A DNA stretch of 62,039 bases, counting the filler, from Catajapyx aquilonaris (taxonomy: Eukaryota): the NCBI GenBank assembly GCA_000934665.2. It is 3 parts of 3 records of this genome, joined end to end, with 100 filler letters (N's around TTAATTAATTAA, not from the genome) between each part and the next. Parts side by side here need not be neighbours in the genome. Positions count along the whole stretch, not along the records: positions 20,721 to 41,330 come from JYFJ02006223.1; 2 more parts are not named here. One strand, 5' to 3'. The notes beneath the pieces were generated by a model that did no database searches, was not told where the DNA came from, and worked only from the letters and a program-made list of their open reading frames with translations. Positions 24,460 to 38,219 of this stretch are shown here, piece after piece. How positions within the stretch are numbered: position 1 is the stretch's first letter; the number at the start of each line of letters is the position of its first letter. A program made the translations under genes and the position numbers.

Positions 24460-25140
24460 TTATGCAAATACCTCTAAAAGTTTGGTGACACATTCATATC
24501 CCTTCTCTTCTGCAAGGTCAAGGGGTGCCTTCCCATCCTTGTCCATGACGGACCAGTCCGCTCCCTTGGACAATAGGGAGTGAACCACTTCTGGTTGGTT
24601 GCACCATGCCGCCCAGTGGAGTGGGGTCCGATCATCCTGTCCCTTCTCCTCCAGCCCTGCCTCTTTCTCCAGAAGCAAGTCCACAACCTGGACGTGGCCT
24701 CCCGAAGAAGCCAGGTGGATGGGGTGGTTACCATCTTCGTCCTTTGCCCCCAGCTGAGCCCCTTTCTGGATCAGTGCCTGGCAGATGGACAGATGCCCTC
24801 CATCAGCTGCCAGGTGAAGGGGTGTCTTGCGCCAACAGTCTCTCAGGTCGACAGCCCACCCTTTATTCAGAAGAGAGGCCACCACCTGTTCCCTTCCTTC
24901 CCATGCAGCCAGGTGGAGTCGACTCCATCCAAAACCATCCTTCACTTCCTCCTCCACCATCCTCTTCACTTCGTCCAGCCTGCCTTCCGCGCCGGACACG
25001 AGAAACATTGACCACAACAAGGAAATTAATGGTAAGGAATGACTCACAAAAATGCACGTGTTAACCTCTTACCTCAAGGATGTCAGGCCTTGTTGCCAAG
25101 TGATACGGACAATGGCAATGGATGCGCACGCACATGCCAT
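24460..25140 (-). CDS. Short ankyrin-repeat protein (~4-5 repeats, ~195 aa)
   Basis: Main exon 24979-24460 with repeats GWSRLHLAAWEG, RKTPLHLAADGGH, GNHPIHLASSGGH, DRTPLHWAAWCNQ, GKAPLDLA. A candidate upstream exon 25140-25073 (MACACASI...GLTSL) joins in phase 2; the start is uncertain. Confidence 0.8.
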
Positions 25141-26690
25141 CTCCCCCACTTATTCTGGGCAATTTGGCACCTCTGCTTCAGAGAGATAAACAAAGGTTGT
25201 CCCCATCATGGATAAAATGCTTACCAACATTACTCCTGATGGATCACTTCACAGTCCATTTAATTTCGAGTAGTGAACACTGAAAGACCAATACAAATTC
25301 CCAATATTGTTTCTCCTGCACACAAGATGTTTATTCACAATCAAGTGTTCTTTATTTCTTCTTCTGTATCTTAGTCAACAGCCCAGTGACAGTCAAGACA
25401 ATCTCAGCAGTTTAAAACATCCCAGACATTATTCAATGGATAAACTGCACAAAAAAAAAAACATGAAAATGCCAGCAATTTTCAGCATGACCTGCAGCCC
25501 TATAAAACTAGACTGCTTGCCACTCTTGCCGCACTGTTCATGATAAAAACCCGCCTCGTGTTATGCGACATATTCTCAAAGTCTTCTCAAAGTCTTTGGT
25601 ATGACACCTACAAGCGCTATACGCATTGGCTTTACCATTACAAAAAGAAAAAAAACTTGCATGGAGGGAGGTATGGCATGGCACTTTCCAAATAGGCAGA
25701 AGGGAAATCAGGTTTCCTTCCCAAACAACACGTGTTATCTCACCTATTTCAATCAAAGCTCATTATTGGCAATAAACCAGATCTCCTGGATTTGTATGTT
25801 TTTGGCATTCATGAGAGTCACTGTCAAGATGCTGTAAAAACTAAAAACATTTTACTTGACTAGTGGAAATTAAAGTAGTTCTTTGGTTACATTAATTTGT
25901 TCCTGACTCAAGTTCTGGTAAATACAAACACCACTACCTATCTACAATTAGTGTGCAATAATTGTCCATTCAATGGAAAGTTAATGGCTCTGGAGAGGGT
26001 GACAGTGAAATCAGTGCAGGGCCAATATGTACTCAAGCTACCTAGAATAGAGTGGCCACACTTTAGAGTTCTGATCATTTCCAAAAGGACCTGTACAGTA
26101 CAAAAAATACAGTTTTGCATGCAGTACAAAAATGAAAAATCTACAAAAAAATCTGACTAGAAATTAGAGAATCGCAGAAAAGCACAAAAATTGCTCTCTA
26201 AGCTCTTCCTGGACTTTCCTGATTTTCAAAGTAATCGTTATGAAAAGTCGCGTGATATTTAAAAAGCAATGTTTCTTGTGGACTAATAATAATCTCTCAA
26301 TAGCTATAACGTAGCGCCTACACAATACAGTATATAAAGTGCAATTTTTTAGTACACTGCTACAAATCAGGTGTTAGTTCAGAAAACATCAGCACAAAAC
26401 TATTGAATCAAAGCCTAGGCCTGGTACTATTTTTTAAACAGTAAAAAAATAATAGTGCAAAGTAAGGAGGAGAAGGAGGACTGTCTTAAGGCATTCCTGA
26501 ACCACACTGTGAGGGACTGCTAATACCAAGAATTGTAATCCCAGCCCAAATTGGGTATGGATAGAGTTCTGCATTAAATATCCCCAACATTTGATAAACC
26601 AACCTATTTAGACAGCCCCCACATTCAACACATTCTCTCTCGCTCTACACAAATGGACTTGTGCTTGAAGTATGTGTGAGGGTGATAGGC

Positions 26691-29289
26691 CTAGAGTACC
26701 ATACACTTGCGCTGCCTTCTTTTCTGAGGCTCAGGCCGCAACACAGCTCGCACGGCCTCATCAAAAACCTGCAAGAGAAGGTAACATCAGGAATACTGTA
26801 TTCTATGGTGGCAGCACTGTCTCACTTTTACCTGCTTCAGTCCACGTTGCGTGAGGGCAGAGCACTCCATGTACTTGACAGCACGCACCTTATTAGCAAG
26901 CTTTTGGCCTTGTTCACGCTTTACCGGAGAAAGACCCTGTTCTGACAAGAGAGCCAAGGTCTCCTTGTCCTCACGCAGGTCAATTTTGGTGCCTAAAATG
27001 TCAAGTAGGAAATTAAAAACCAGAAGCCCACTTTCAATTGTACTAGTATGCTTTCAATGTCAGAAATCGATTCACAAACAGAATTGCCACAATATCTGAA
27101 TCCCATCCCTATTTTCACTCTGTAAGTTTAGCTTTTACCAAGCAGAGTTTATCACAATTGCATGCAAATAAACACAGGTTATTACAAGAATAATACTAAT
27201 CTAATACATATTTCTCGACGTCTGTCTGTCTGTCTGATCCCGATGCAAATCCATATGGAGGCCTCGACATATGCCCCAGAGGAATGATTAGGGATAGTTT
27301 TTTACTGGGAAGGACATAAGCACATTGGACTTGACCTCCGAGGTCATCCTTGGCCGCAGGAGGCCCCCCGTTGGCCCTCGTTCTAATTATGCACAATTGG
27401 GTGTAAACAACTCCTCTGTTGAGTTGCCGGGGAAACTTTCGTTCTCTGTCGGCCAAAGGGGTCACATCCCCACTGCCACGTCCAGCCCCTCAATTCCACT
27501 CCTGCCATCAAATCCCCAGTCCACCCCTGCCCATCAACTCCTCCATCCGCCCTCCCCTCGACTGTTGTTCTACCCACCCCCACCCTTGCCAGACGGAATC
27601 ACTGCAGATTTGTCCTCGAATTCATTACATAGCAGTTTGTTTCATGTCTCCCCTGTGTGTTATTACATTTCTACGTGGTGTCTGTACTTGGTCAGTGTTT
27701 TGTACACAAATGGTTGTACTTTGTTCCAATTTCTCACAGTCACCCGCCAACCTCCGCAGTTTGTCTGCTATTTTGCTGCAGGTTTGTGGTGTGTCAAGCC
27801 CACTGACATTGTGGCAAAATCACAAGGAACACCTGGCAGAAGACTTTAAGTACCAGGCCCAAGCTCAAAATTCTGACTTACAAGATAGTTGTCTACAATG
27901 ATGCCATTTTCAACTTAGCCCTCATTGCCATCGAGGACAAAGTCATGTCTATGGGAGGACAGGACCTGCAGTCATTTGGCCTTTCTCAGGCTCACCACCT
28001 TCAAGTTGACAACATTTGTCATGAGATTCTACTTGAGACCAATTACAACACCAAAGAACTCATCCAAGAGGTTGCTATTAATGAACCAAAGTTGCTACCA
28101 GATCAAAGATCTGCTTATTTGACAATAGTAGACAATGTCCATGGTCAGAAAGGTGTTGTTTTTTTTTTCTTTTTTTTTCTTGACGCACTAGGAGGACTTG
28201 GTAAAACATCTGTGACAAATCTGTTGTTGGCAAAAGTTCGTCAGGATCAACAAATAGCACTTGCGGTTGCTTCTTCTGGTATAGCATCTACTCTTTTGCC
28301 TGGTGGTAGAACTGCTCTTACAGCATTCAAACTTCCTCTAAATTTAGCTACACAAGACAATGCAACATGGAATTTTAGTCCCACTGCTGGTTACTGCTAA
28401 CGTAGCACCAGTTTTAACTTACCCACAAGAATTATTGGTGCATCAGGACAGTGATGCTTGATTTCAGGATACCACTTTGATGTGACATTCTCAAATGAGG
28501 AGGGACTCACCACACTGAAGCAAATGAGGAAGACATCAGTCTGAAACAAAACGATATATGGTTTATAATTCTACTCAATTGATGTCTGTCATGTGCAGTC
28601 ACCTGAGGGTAGGAAAGTGGACGCAATCGATCGTAGTCTTCTTGACCCGCTGTGTCCCACAAACCTAAACTCACAGGTATTCCATCCACCACCATAGGGG
28701 CAGAATAGTTGTCAAATCTGCAAAATAAAATTTAAAAACATCATTAACAATACCACAAGCTAATTGAGTCAAATTTCATCATAGTAATTTTAAACTTTTC
28801 CAAATTTAAAATTATATCTACATAAGCGTTGTACCTGGTTGGATGTTTTGGTACAGTGAAATATTTAGGGAAAAAAATTGGGATGGGGAGTGTCATAGGG
28901 TCGCCAATTTGAGCAAAGGTTGTAAATAGGGTTGCAACGAAAAAAGGTTGAGCACTACTTCTGTAAGTTATATACGTGCCAATTCTGTGAAGGGGTAAAT
29001 TTCTGATTACATATAGACATTCACAATATGTAATGTAACAAAACTGGAGATTTTCACTTGTGTTGATCCAATTGGCCATTGTAGGAGTATTATTCCTCTT
29101 TATAAGTCATTATAATATTCCCACTAAATGTATGAGAAGTGAGTCATTTTGGAAGGATGCCAAATCAACTTACACTGTTGGTACATATTCCCCTGGGAAG
29201 CTGTCTGTGGTGTAAGAGATGAGCATGCAGGTTTTTCCGACTGTTCCATCACCCACGACCACACATTTGATAGGTCTTCCTGAGGACAT
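26691..29289 (-). CDS. Mtl: Rho-family GTPase Mig-2-like (Mtl), 195 aa, 5 coding exons
   Basis: Exons 29289-29174, 28717-28603, 28540-28423, 26992-26832, 26768-26691 (588 nt). [82 protein letters not shown] and CAAX end RQRKCMVL*. The GDGTVGKT and GRPIKC signature is Mtl/MIG-2 rather than Rac. Confidence 0.95.
27200..28410 (+). mobile_element. Helitron remnant (Rep/PIF1-helicase fragments) inside Mtl intron 3, antisense to Mtl
   Basis: [32 protein letters not shown] and [12 protein letters not shown]...[30 protein letters not shown] (PIF1-type helicase motifs) with frameshifts; 5' TC start followed by a (GTCT)n tract as in arthropod Helitrons. Confidence 0.85.
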
Positions 29290-32200
29290 CTTTGGCTCAA
29301 AATGCAGAAAGCAACGGAATAACTGGAAATAAAACCATCTCATCAGTGCCATCAGAGATGAAGAAAATACATTTCAAATACATTTTTGGAGCAAAGCAAG
29401 AAAAGTGTCAATTTTTCATGTATGTCACACATGTTTGAATCCAGATTCTAGCCTTTCATAATAAACCACAATTTTCTGAGTAGCAAGTATTCCAGATTTC
29501 ACTTCTACAACTGAGCATTGCTCATCATGAAAAAAAAAAATGACATCTGTCAGTGACCCTGACCCCTGAGGGTCTTGGTCCATCCATCTGCCAGGAAAGC
29601 TGTTATTCTAACTCCTGTAGGAAAGGTCACTAGTAGCTGTCACATCCAAATCTGACAGTGACACAGTGTGATGTTGCTACATGAAACATGCAGTATTCAT
29701 GCATTCTTGCAAGTGATAAAGCATGGCAAATACGCAGCAAAATAGTTCAATTTGCCCAGTATTTTATTGCAAATGCCTCAGAATATTAGGGAGCATTTTG
29801 TGTCCTCAATCCCAACGTGGCAATGACGCATACTAATTTGCGTGACGTCACGGTAGTATTATCTTCCTGAAAGGAACTTGCCCATTAAACACATGCACTG
29901 TGAAGTAGAAAGATTGCTCAGCAAGCACCTCTTCATCTAACAAGCAGAATCTGTGCCGTTCCTGATAAGAGCTCCTGATTGCAAGCCAGACCCTCGGCCA
30001 GACCCTCATGCAACTCACACTACCGGCCAGCAGTCAAAGTGCAATCCTGATATTCCTGCGGCCCAACCTCCATGCAATGTGAAGGCCATACCGGAATATG
30101 CAAATAGGGGCTGGGGAGCTATTTAGTCCCCCACATCAGTACCTGTGCCTCCTGAGTGAGGCCAAGGTGAGGCCAGTTATATCCCTGTTGAGGCAGCTGA
30201 CGTGAAGAAGGTCAAGTAGTCTCTTTCCTCCTCGGAATGGGCTTCCTTTTGCGGACTAGCCCTTCCTGCAGTGTGTGGGCACAACCGAGATGCGTGTTGG
30301 GTGAGTCAAGAAAAAGGCCCCATCCATTCAGCAGAGGAGTGTCACCCTCCGGACCCCAGATCCTGGTCCTTCCGCCAGACACCCACCGGACGCCATCTTG
30401 ACACTTTTCGGGAGTCGAGTGGTGGCGGGGAGGGCCGGGTGGGGGGGAATGTAGTGCAGAGGGTGCAGTGGGCGCTGTGGTTGTGGCCCTTGTGGGACAC
30501 TCACCCAGCTTCAGCCAGCCGGCGAAGAGACACCCCCCTGTCAGTTCAGTGGCATTATAACCGACAAAAAGTGTGCCAGGTGATGGCTAATTGCGGTGGG
30601 AGGGAGCCACTTCCTGCACACCCGGTAGCAGGGGTCACGCTCCCATGCCCCACACGGGTGGGACTAAAATAATTTAATAAAAAGGTGCAGGGTACCACTC
30701 TTGCTAGTACACAAGAGGAGCTCGTGTCTGCTGCTGTCCTGGGTTGAATGAATGGAGGGGGTGAATATTGGGATACAAGTAGAGGAGGTGCTTTGGGGTG
30801 TGCCGAAGAGATGGCGTGCCATGTACTGAACCGGACAAGGTTCCGGATTTATACGGATGTAATAATTATGCGGATCAGAGGTTGGAATGAGTGGAATGAC
30901 CTCTTCGATTGCATATGTCGTAGCTTTCGAAACACGGCGGAATAAATGCCAAAAACAACAACCTATTTATAATGCACCTGTCATGTCGCCAGCTGAGTTC
31001 ACAAGGTATAGGACTACCAGTGTAACATACTGTACGAAGCAGGCGACCTGATGAAATACAAGTACCGGTATAACAAAAAGTGCAGAAGGCATAAAATTAA
31101 TGATTATTTCTGCATGAGGCAAAATAATCATATCCTGGTAGTTAGGCCACTCCCCTGCCACATGTGTTAGTCTGGTGGGCTAACAAGCAGGATATTCTCG
31201 GATATTCCCTGTTATTTTTGTAGTACTGTTGCCAAATCTTTTATTGGTCTCAGCATGTGGACTAGGCACCAACTTGCCAAAATTAGGCAAAAAATTAGGC
31301 ATCGAAGCGATATCCGACGGTGAAGTGCAGAAGTAAGCGAATCGCCATCCAGGTGGCGCCCTGGCGCCCGGAACGGCGGAAATGGGAATTCAGTGGAATG
31401 GACGCGGTCGGTTTTTTGCTGCGTTTTTTTGAGTTTTACAAAGTCCCTCGGTACCATTTCCAAAAAATGAAAAGTGGGCTGCAAATACAGAAAACACTGG
31501 CAAAATTTGGACACCACTCCTAAAGCTGTAGGACGTACGGTGCGGGAGGAGTTTCCACGACAGTCAGATTCTGCCCATTTGTCGGGAGTTACATACCACC
31601 CTGTACTGGGCTCCAGTCCTGGAAATCCTAAAGACAAAAAGAAAATTGGCAAATAAAAGCACCTTGAGATGCTACGATCCAAATATGCGAACAATGCTCC
31701 TTGACGAATTCCTCCGAGACGAGGCCATCCATCTCAACCAAGACTCTCTCGAGAAATAAATACGATGCAAATTCCGTAATGCTAGCGTTGATGACGCAGA
31801 AAAAGAGCGTCTCTTTTTTTTCGACTCTACCTTTTTTTTTCTGGCAAGTATTGGTCGTGTTCCTGCGAACCTGAACCGGCCAGAGAGGATGACTTTCCTT
31901 GCTCTTCCCCGCCCAACCTTCTCACCGCTTGTTCGTTTCTTGGTGGGGGAAATCGAGTCATTTGTCTTCCCAGGAACACGACTTTCCCATCTAAATCTGA
32001 AACTCGCTTGACTCACTTTAAAGAGCAGAAACTAGAAAAGGAGATGGGGGGTGGGGGGGGGGGGACTGGCAAAAAGGAAGAAATAAATGCCCGAAAGGTG
32101 GGGGGTGGCTGTTGTGGAAGCTTAAGTCACTTCCAGCCCACTCCTGATGTCGTCGTCTTTATCGTGTTAAATGTCTCGTTTATAAACCAAGCTTAGCGGG

Positions 32201-35200
32201 AGGGAAAATTTTGCCTTCACATTTATCTGCCGCAGAGGCCAGTAATTTGATAACAAATGACGGCAGGCAAGTTGAATCTGGAGCTGTATTTTCATCAGTG
32301 TGCTACAGTCTCACCTCCCCATTTTGTTCCGGCCATGATGGTGAACATGACTCATGAAAAGTGGACAGCTTCCGTGAATCGAAACAGCCCCCGAGGAAGC
32401 GTCCATTTATCGCCCATTTTTTGTCTGAAAAAAATGCCACCGAGTTGGAAAAAATATTACAAAAAAAAAACAAAAAAATCGAGAGAGTATGCATATACAG
32501 ATCAAAATCGACTAGACATGAGTCGGATGCAATGATGAGAAATGGCGATTATATTCATTGAGAATTGTGCAGGGTTTCCGAACTGGGTTGCAATTACAAG
32601 CCTGCCTTGCTGAGAATGACGGGAGGTTGGGGGGGGGGGGGTGGTTCTAGAGCGGATATAGGTGCCAAAGGCAATGGCACACCTCCAGCTCTTTAGGGAG
32701 AAGGAAATTGAGAAAATGAAAGTTGGGGGATGGAAGTGGGGGCTGCCAAGGGAAGCGGCAAGTCTCCCTTCCTTCCTTTTCCGAGGGATATTGCCAACCA
32801 AATTCAAGCACTTTTGCTTGGCTTGCCCTTTTAAAACTAATTTTGGGGGATTAGCTTCCATCTGGGAGTTTCTTGGCCAGGAGTTAATTTGCCTCTGGAG
32901 TAGGAGAAGGAGGTACAAAAAAAACGTGAGGCAAGAAATCCGCCTGCACTACAATGTATGGGGAGTGTCGAGCAAGTCATCAGCTGGATTGTTGTAGGAG
33001 AGATCGTGTTGGATGCTGTTCAATGATGCTGCGGTCAAAAATTAATGTTATTATTTTATACCGGTGTTTGATCTAAAATGCGGTGGATAAATCCGCAATA
33101 AAATTTGGCCTACGTCACATATCCACAGAGCAAATAAATAGCATGCACAGCACCACAATATTATTGCACTTTGATGTGGGATTAAAGTTATTAATAGCTC
33201 TTCAAAACCAGTAATTACGTCAATTGTGAATATGTTTTTAATTTAATGTGTGACATGTTTTTGTGATGTATTAGCTGCAATGATATTAAAATCGAAAAAT
33301 TTATTATTATTGCTACTATGCTAAATCAGCATTCACATGTGTAAAATATTGTGCATCATAAAAATTGATTTATATTCTTCAAAATTATGACCTATTAACA
33401 TCTTTGATAATGCTCGTATGCCGATATAAGTAACCTTTTTCCACTTTTCTAACTTAAAATTTTCCTCTCGACATCTCTTCCCCCACCTGGAGTCCTGTTC
33501 CGTCCCCATTTGATAGTAAGGTTTACTCCCCCTCCAGATTTTACATCGGCAGTTTCTAGTCACGTCCAGCAGATTTCCTACTTGCAAAAAAAAGTGAACT
33601 TTCCTCAGGAAAAGTGCGGGTTTGCACGGCATCGGCCAGAGTTGCAGACCATTTGAAAACCTTTGTAGGTTGTTATCCATCAAGCTTTCATTCGTCTCCT
33701 TTCCAGCCAACAAATCTCCTTTTCGGAAGGGGTCACTCAGTCGACCGTGGAGATTTATTGGGTTGGCAAAGCGAGAAAGGAGTGTGAGGCTCCCAGTAAT
33801 TCCTGGCCGAATGCCGTGGTTTATGAAAGCCCCTGCAAGAAGTCAGTGAGAAGTGTGGTGGGTGCACACCAGCCAGTCATTAAACCCCTCCTATCTTACC
33901 CTCCTTTCTCAGCATACAAATGGAAGCATAAATTCAGTCCGGTTTGCAGGGTCTCCACCAAAGTCAAACACCATCTCCTTAACTACACCTACAAACTAGA
34001 GGAATCAGAATAGAGTTTGGGGGGGATTGTTGCGAAGATTGATTCCCTCACCCATCCAACACCCAACCTCCTGCCTTATAAACTCCAAGTGCAATCCATT
34101 CTAGAAGCCAGGGAATCGGTAACAGTATTACATTATCCCTCCTCAGAATATGTCTGGGATTTAAGTCAATTGTTTGGCTGAGAATGGGCCAAGGTAGAGG
34201 AAATTTGTATGGAGCTTTAAGGAGAGGAAAGTCGGAAAGGGCTTTTGTGTAGTCAGATAAGGGGGCGCCTCTGAAATCGAATTAATTCGTCTACTAACCA
34301 GAGCGGCAATTTACACCGCTTTTCATTCGGATGCTTCACAATAGTCGGTGTCACTTGGGAATCACGCGTCAAGCTGCGGTCCTTTTTTTTATTTGATCTC
34401 TTCTCTCCCGCTGTTCTCATTTCCGATGTTGATTAAAACTTAATTGAGGTGGTAGTGAGACATTCCGGAACTGATTTGGGAAAACGCCTGCGTCAAAGGA
34501 GGACTGAAAAGCCCGGTTGCCAGGATTTAATTTCCAGGTCTACAACTTGCTTTTGCATGGTGGGAGGGCTTTTGCTTGCAGTTATTGACCAGCCCAGTGC
34601 GGCTTGGATTTTAGTTGGACAAACAACATGGATGGTCATATGGAAAGGGTGGGAGAAAACATATTTTGACAGCTCGGTGCGAAATTTAATACTATTGGTG
34701 GTGGATTCTGACGTCGTAAATAACTTGCAGTAATTGGGCGGGAATTCAATTTGCATGGGACTGAAGTTGGGAGAGGACATTTTCATTGGGATAGTTCGAA
34801 ATTATTATGGGGTGCATAAGTGGGGACATAATGGGAAAAATGCATACTGAATGACAAAAAAAAATGTATACAGATATTTTACTAAGTGCTGATTGTCAAA
34901 CTGTCAAGGATCATTTTTCTCTTCCCAAAATACCTCATAGGTAGCTACTTGAACCATGTACTCTCGGCTTTGTGCCGCATAGGTGGTACACGACCTGAGA
35001 CCAAATCAAAGGAATACTTCAGGTACTCCACGACACTTAATGCACTAATGAATTTTCATTTGTAATCCTGCCAGCATATATTCGGTTGACCCAGCAAGCC
35101 ATCACCAACACCCAGGAGCGCCATAGTGGCCACCATTCGAGCACAGTAGTGGTTTCAAATCACTTTAACCTATTCATAGAAACCCATTTGTTTTTGCAAC

Positions 35201-38138
35201 ATAGTTTGTGCTCTAAGCGACAGGTACTGTAATGAATTTCGGATTTTGCGCTAAAAACTGGTGTGATCATGTCAAGGGAATGAATGGACTGTGATGTTAA
35301 TGGGAAATCTTACTGCTGCTGGGTCCAAACATGCCAGCTTGTCACGCATGTAGCTGTGATGCCAAAATTCTTTAAATTTTCTGCACACCATTACGTCCCG
35401 CACTAAAATTGAAAACATATGAACACCTCGCAACAAAACACCAGCCGTAAAGTCAATGTCGTAATGTAACTGTCCTGTTACAATCCAGTCGCTCGTTGAT
35501 CTCTCTTCTCCCCCCNNNNNNNTTTTTTTGTTTTTTCCTGTGTCTTCCCTAAAGTCGTAATCATGGCGCTAGTAAGAGTAGCAGAGAGGGTGGATGTACC
35601 CAGGATGCCAATAAAAGAGTGTTGTCGGCGATCAATTCTTCAAGCTTAGCGGAAGATGGATGGGTGTTGCCAGGCTGTTGTCCCGACGGGGCTTCCCGGA
35701 CTAGCCATTTCACACCGACGCCATGGGATTTCTGCAGTTGATTCTTCAACTGCGATTGTGTCTCTCCCTCGCATTTACGTTCCCATTTGGAACCAGCACT
35801 GGTGTGTATATATACACTCCTGACAAGCAAATTCCTCACATGCATGTCCTGGTAGACTTATGCCATTAGTCTATTCACAAAGTGAAAGACGAGGGGGATC
35901 AGCTCGGATCAACAAGAAAATGGAGTCGCCATTTTGGTTATGAATTATGCATTTCAAATTACAGCAGGTTTTTCCGCCCCCCTTTAAAAAAATGAATAAC
36001 ATGATTAATTAGGAGCTTGCGGAGTATACAATTAAAAGAAAACATACCTGCGTGTGTTACGGTGACAAAATTAGGATAAAGTGCAGGGCATACAAGGGGG
36101 ATGAGCGAGCGTCTTCCATCTGTTCTATTCTTTTTTTGAGAGAAATAAATTGCAAACCCCAAATGGCTGTTGTTTTACCATTTTTTCTGGCGCCTGTATG
36201 ATAAATAGACGCGTTGATATGCTGACACTACTCTTTTCAGAATGGTAGGGGTGAATTATATTAAGGGAGGGAAAAGACAGCTGATTTATCTCCGTCATTA
36301 ATTTGCATGAGACAACACCCTAATTTTTCCTCCGAAATGTAAGTCCCCGTCTGCAAAAATGTAATTTGCAAAAAGGGGTGGGCATATAGTTGCTGGGAAA
36401 TTCACTTACACGTTCCGGCAGCTCTCCCCTACTCTCACACAGCTAATCCATAATTGGAAGCTTTTGATTTCAATTTATTTTTTTATGTATGTTGCACATT
36501 GCCAGGGGGGCATAGTCCGAAAGGCTCTGGCACAATGCAAGTATTATTATTCATCAGTGCAAAATCCCTATTTTTGTTTGTGGCAAATGCTGCGCTAGAA
36601 ACCTGGAAGCTATTGCATTTCAGTATTGTGATTATTTCAAGTGTTTGTGCGATTTCATCCCGATTACAGTTTCATTTCATAGCGGTGTATTTTGTAATAA
36701 TAGAGTGTACATGTACTGTACGTGAAGAGCTTAAAATATATAGGCTTGCAAGCACAATTTTTCGAGAATAACATGATTTACACACAAAATGCAGTTGATC
36801 AGTGTTTTATCGAGCGTAATGTTTGTTATTACGTTTCACGTCTGATTAAAGTTCCTTTAAGCACATGATATAATTTCACTGGCATGAATATTTTTCCCGA
36901 CCTCTGAATTTCATTATATTGATAACCGCAGGATATTTTTGATGCAATTAGATTTTTTTTTTTGTTCGGATTTTTACGAAACAACCGAGAGCGGATCAGG
37001 TGCTATTGAATAAGTATACGATCCTGATACTGCACATATTTTTAACAAGGTTTATGAAATATAGCTTAGCTGATATTGACACAAGCCATTAGTACGCCTT
37101 CAATGGAGGCTCTGCATGATCACATTGACAATTCAATAAAACTATAATTTTTCAGGGTATGCGGTACGGGTACGGTATATTATGAAACTTTTTTTAGTCC
37201 CAGTGTTACACTATAGTTGCAGACATCTACTGGGCTTTTAAAATGCCGCGCAACATATACGTTATTCAAGTGAACATCCGTTTCCAAAGGCCACATTGCG
37301 CTGACCCCATACCCTCTACTGGTCGGCGCTGCATTAAAAAGGGATGATGCACTATGCATCTTAATCGAGTTACGATAGGCACATTTTTGGGGCTTTACTA
37401 AAGCATACGCGGGATTTGACAGGAATTTTGTACCGGCATAGCCTAAAATCGGAGACCATTTTCCGTCCAAAAACTAGGTCCAGCCAACTGCCATAGAGTA
37501 ACGTTGATTAGGCCAAATCCAAGCGTTAATGAAAGGCAGGCTCATTTTTGTTTAATAGCCACTGGATGGATCCTACCCGAACTGAATTGGGAATGCGAAG
37601 CAGCCTGTTTCACTTGGATGAGCTTCTGCATTCCCAGCTTGATCCAGCTGTATCGGACCAGATAGGTTCTATTATTAGAAGTGAGGGTCCAGCAGCATCC
37701 CTAGCTGGATGCAATAAGTAAGGACCCAGCCTGGTAAGTAATGCTGTGCAGCACCTCCTTATCTGGTCTTGATTTGCATACAGACTGGAGCAGCAGGCCC
37801 GGTCGGGATTGTTAATGAAAAGCGTGCAGTATCGGAGTCGGGCCATTGATGACCTGACCTATCACCCCTCTCTTTCCACTTCAAATGGGCCGCCGACTAA
37901 CATTAGCTCCATTTCCAAGGAAGAATCCAGGGGCCGAGTGTGTGATGCGGTTCCGGGTCGATAAAACGGGCGATAAAGCCGGTTCTTCGGCCTCGGTGAT
38001 AAATGAATCGCCACGCTAAGAGGATTCCTGTTATGAGGCTGGATTTTTGGCACGTCCCACAAAAGGGCCTGCGACTAGGAAGGAAAAGCTTGTCTTGCAG
38101 ATCGAACAATCTCGGTTCTGCAGCCAAAACTTTATATA

Positions 38139-38146
<8 letters not shown>

Positions 38147-38217
<71 letters not shown>
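38147..38217. repeat. (TA)n microsatellite
   Basis: About 35 uninterrupted TA units. Confidence 0.97.

Positions 38218-38219
<2 letters not shown>

Noticed and set aside
24580..25064. Plus-strand ORFs of 143-152 aa opposite the ankyrin exon
   Set aside because: Antisense shadows of a GC-rich coding exon with no recognisable domain.
26661..27099. Plus-strand ORFs over the Mtl 3' exons
   Set aside because: Antisense to Mtl exons 4-5; no independent evidence.
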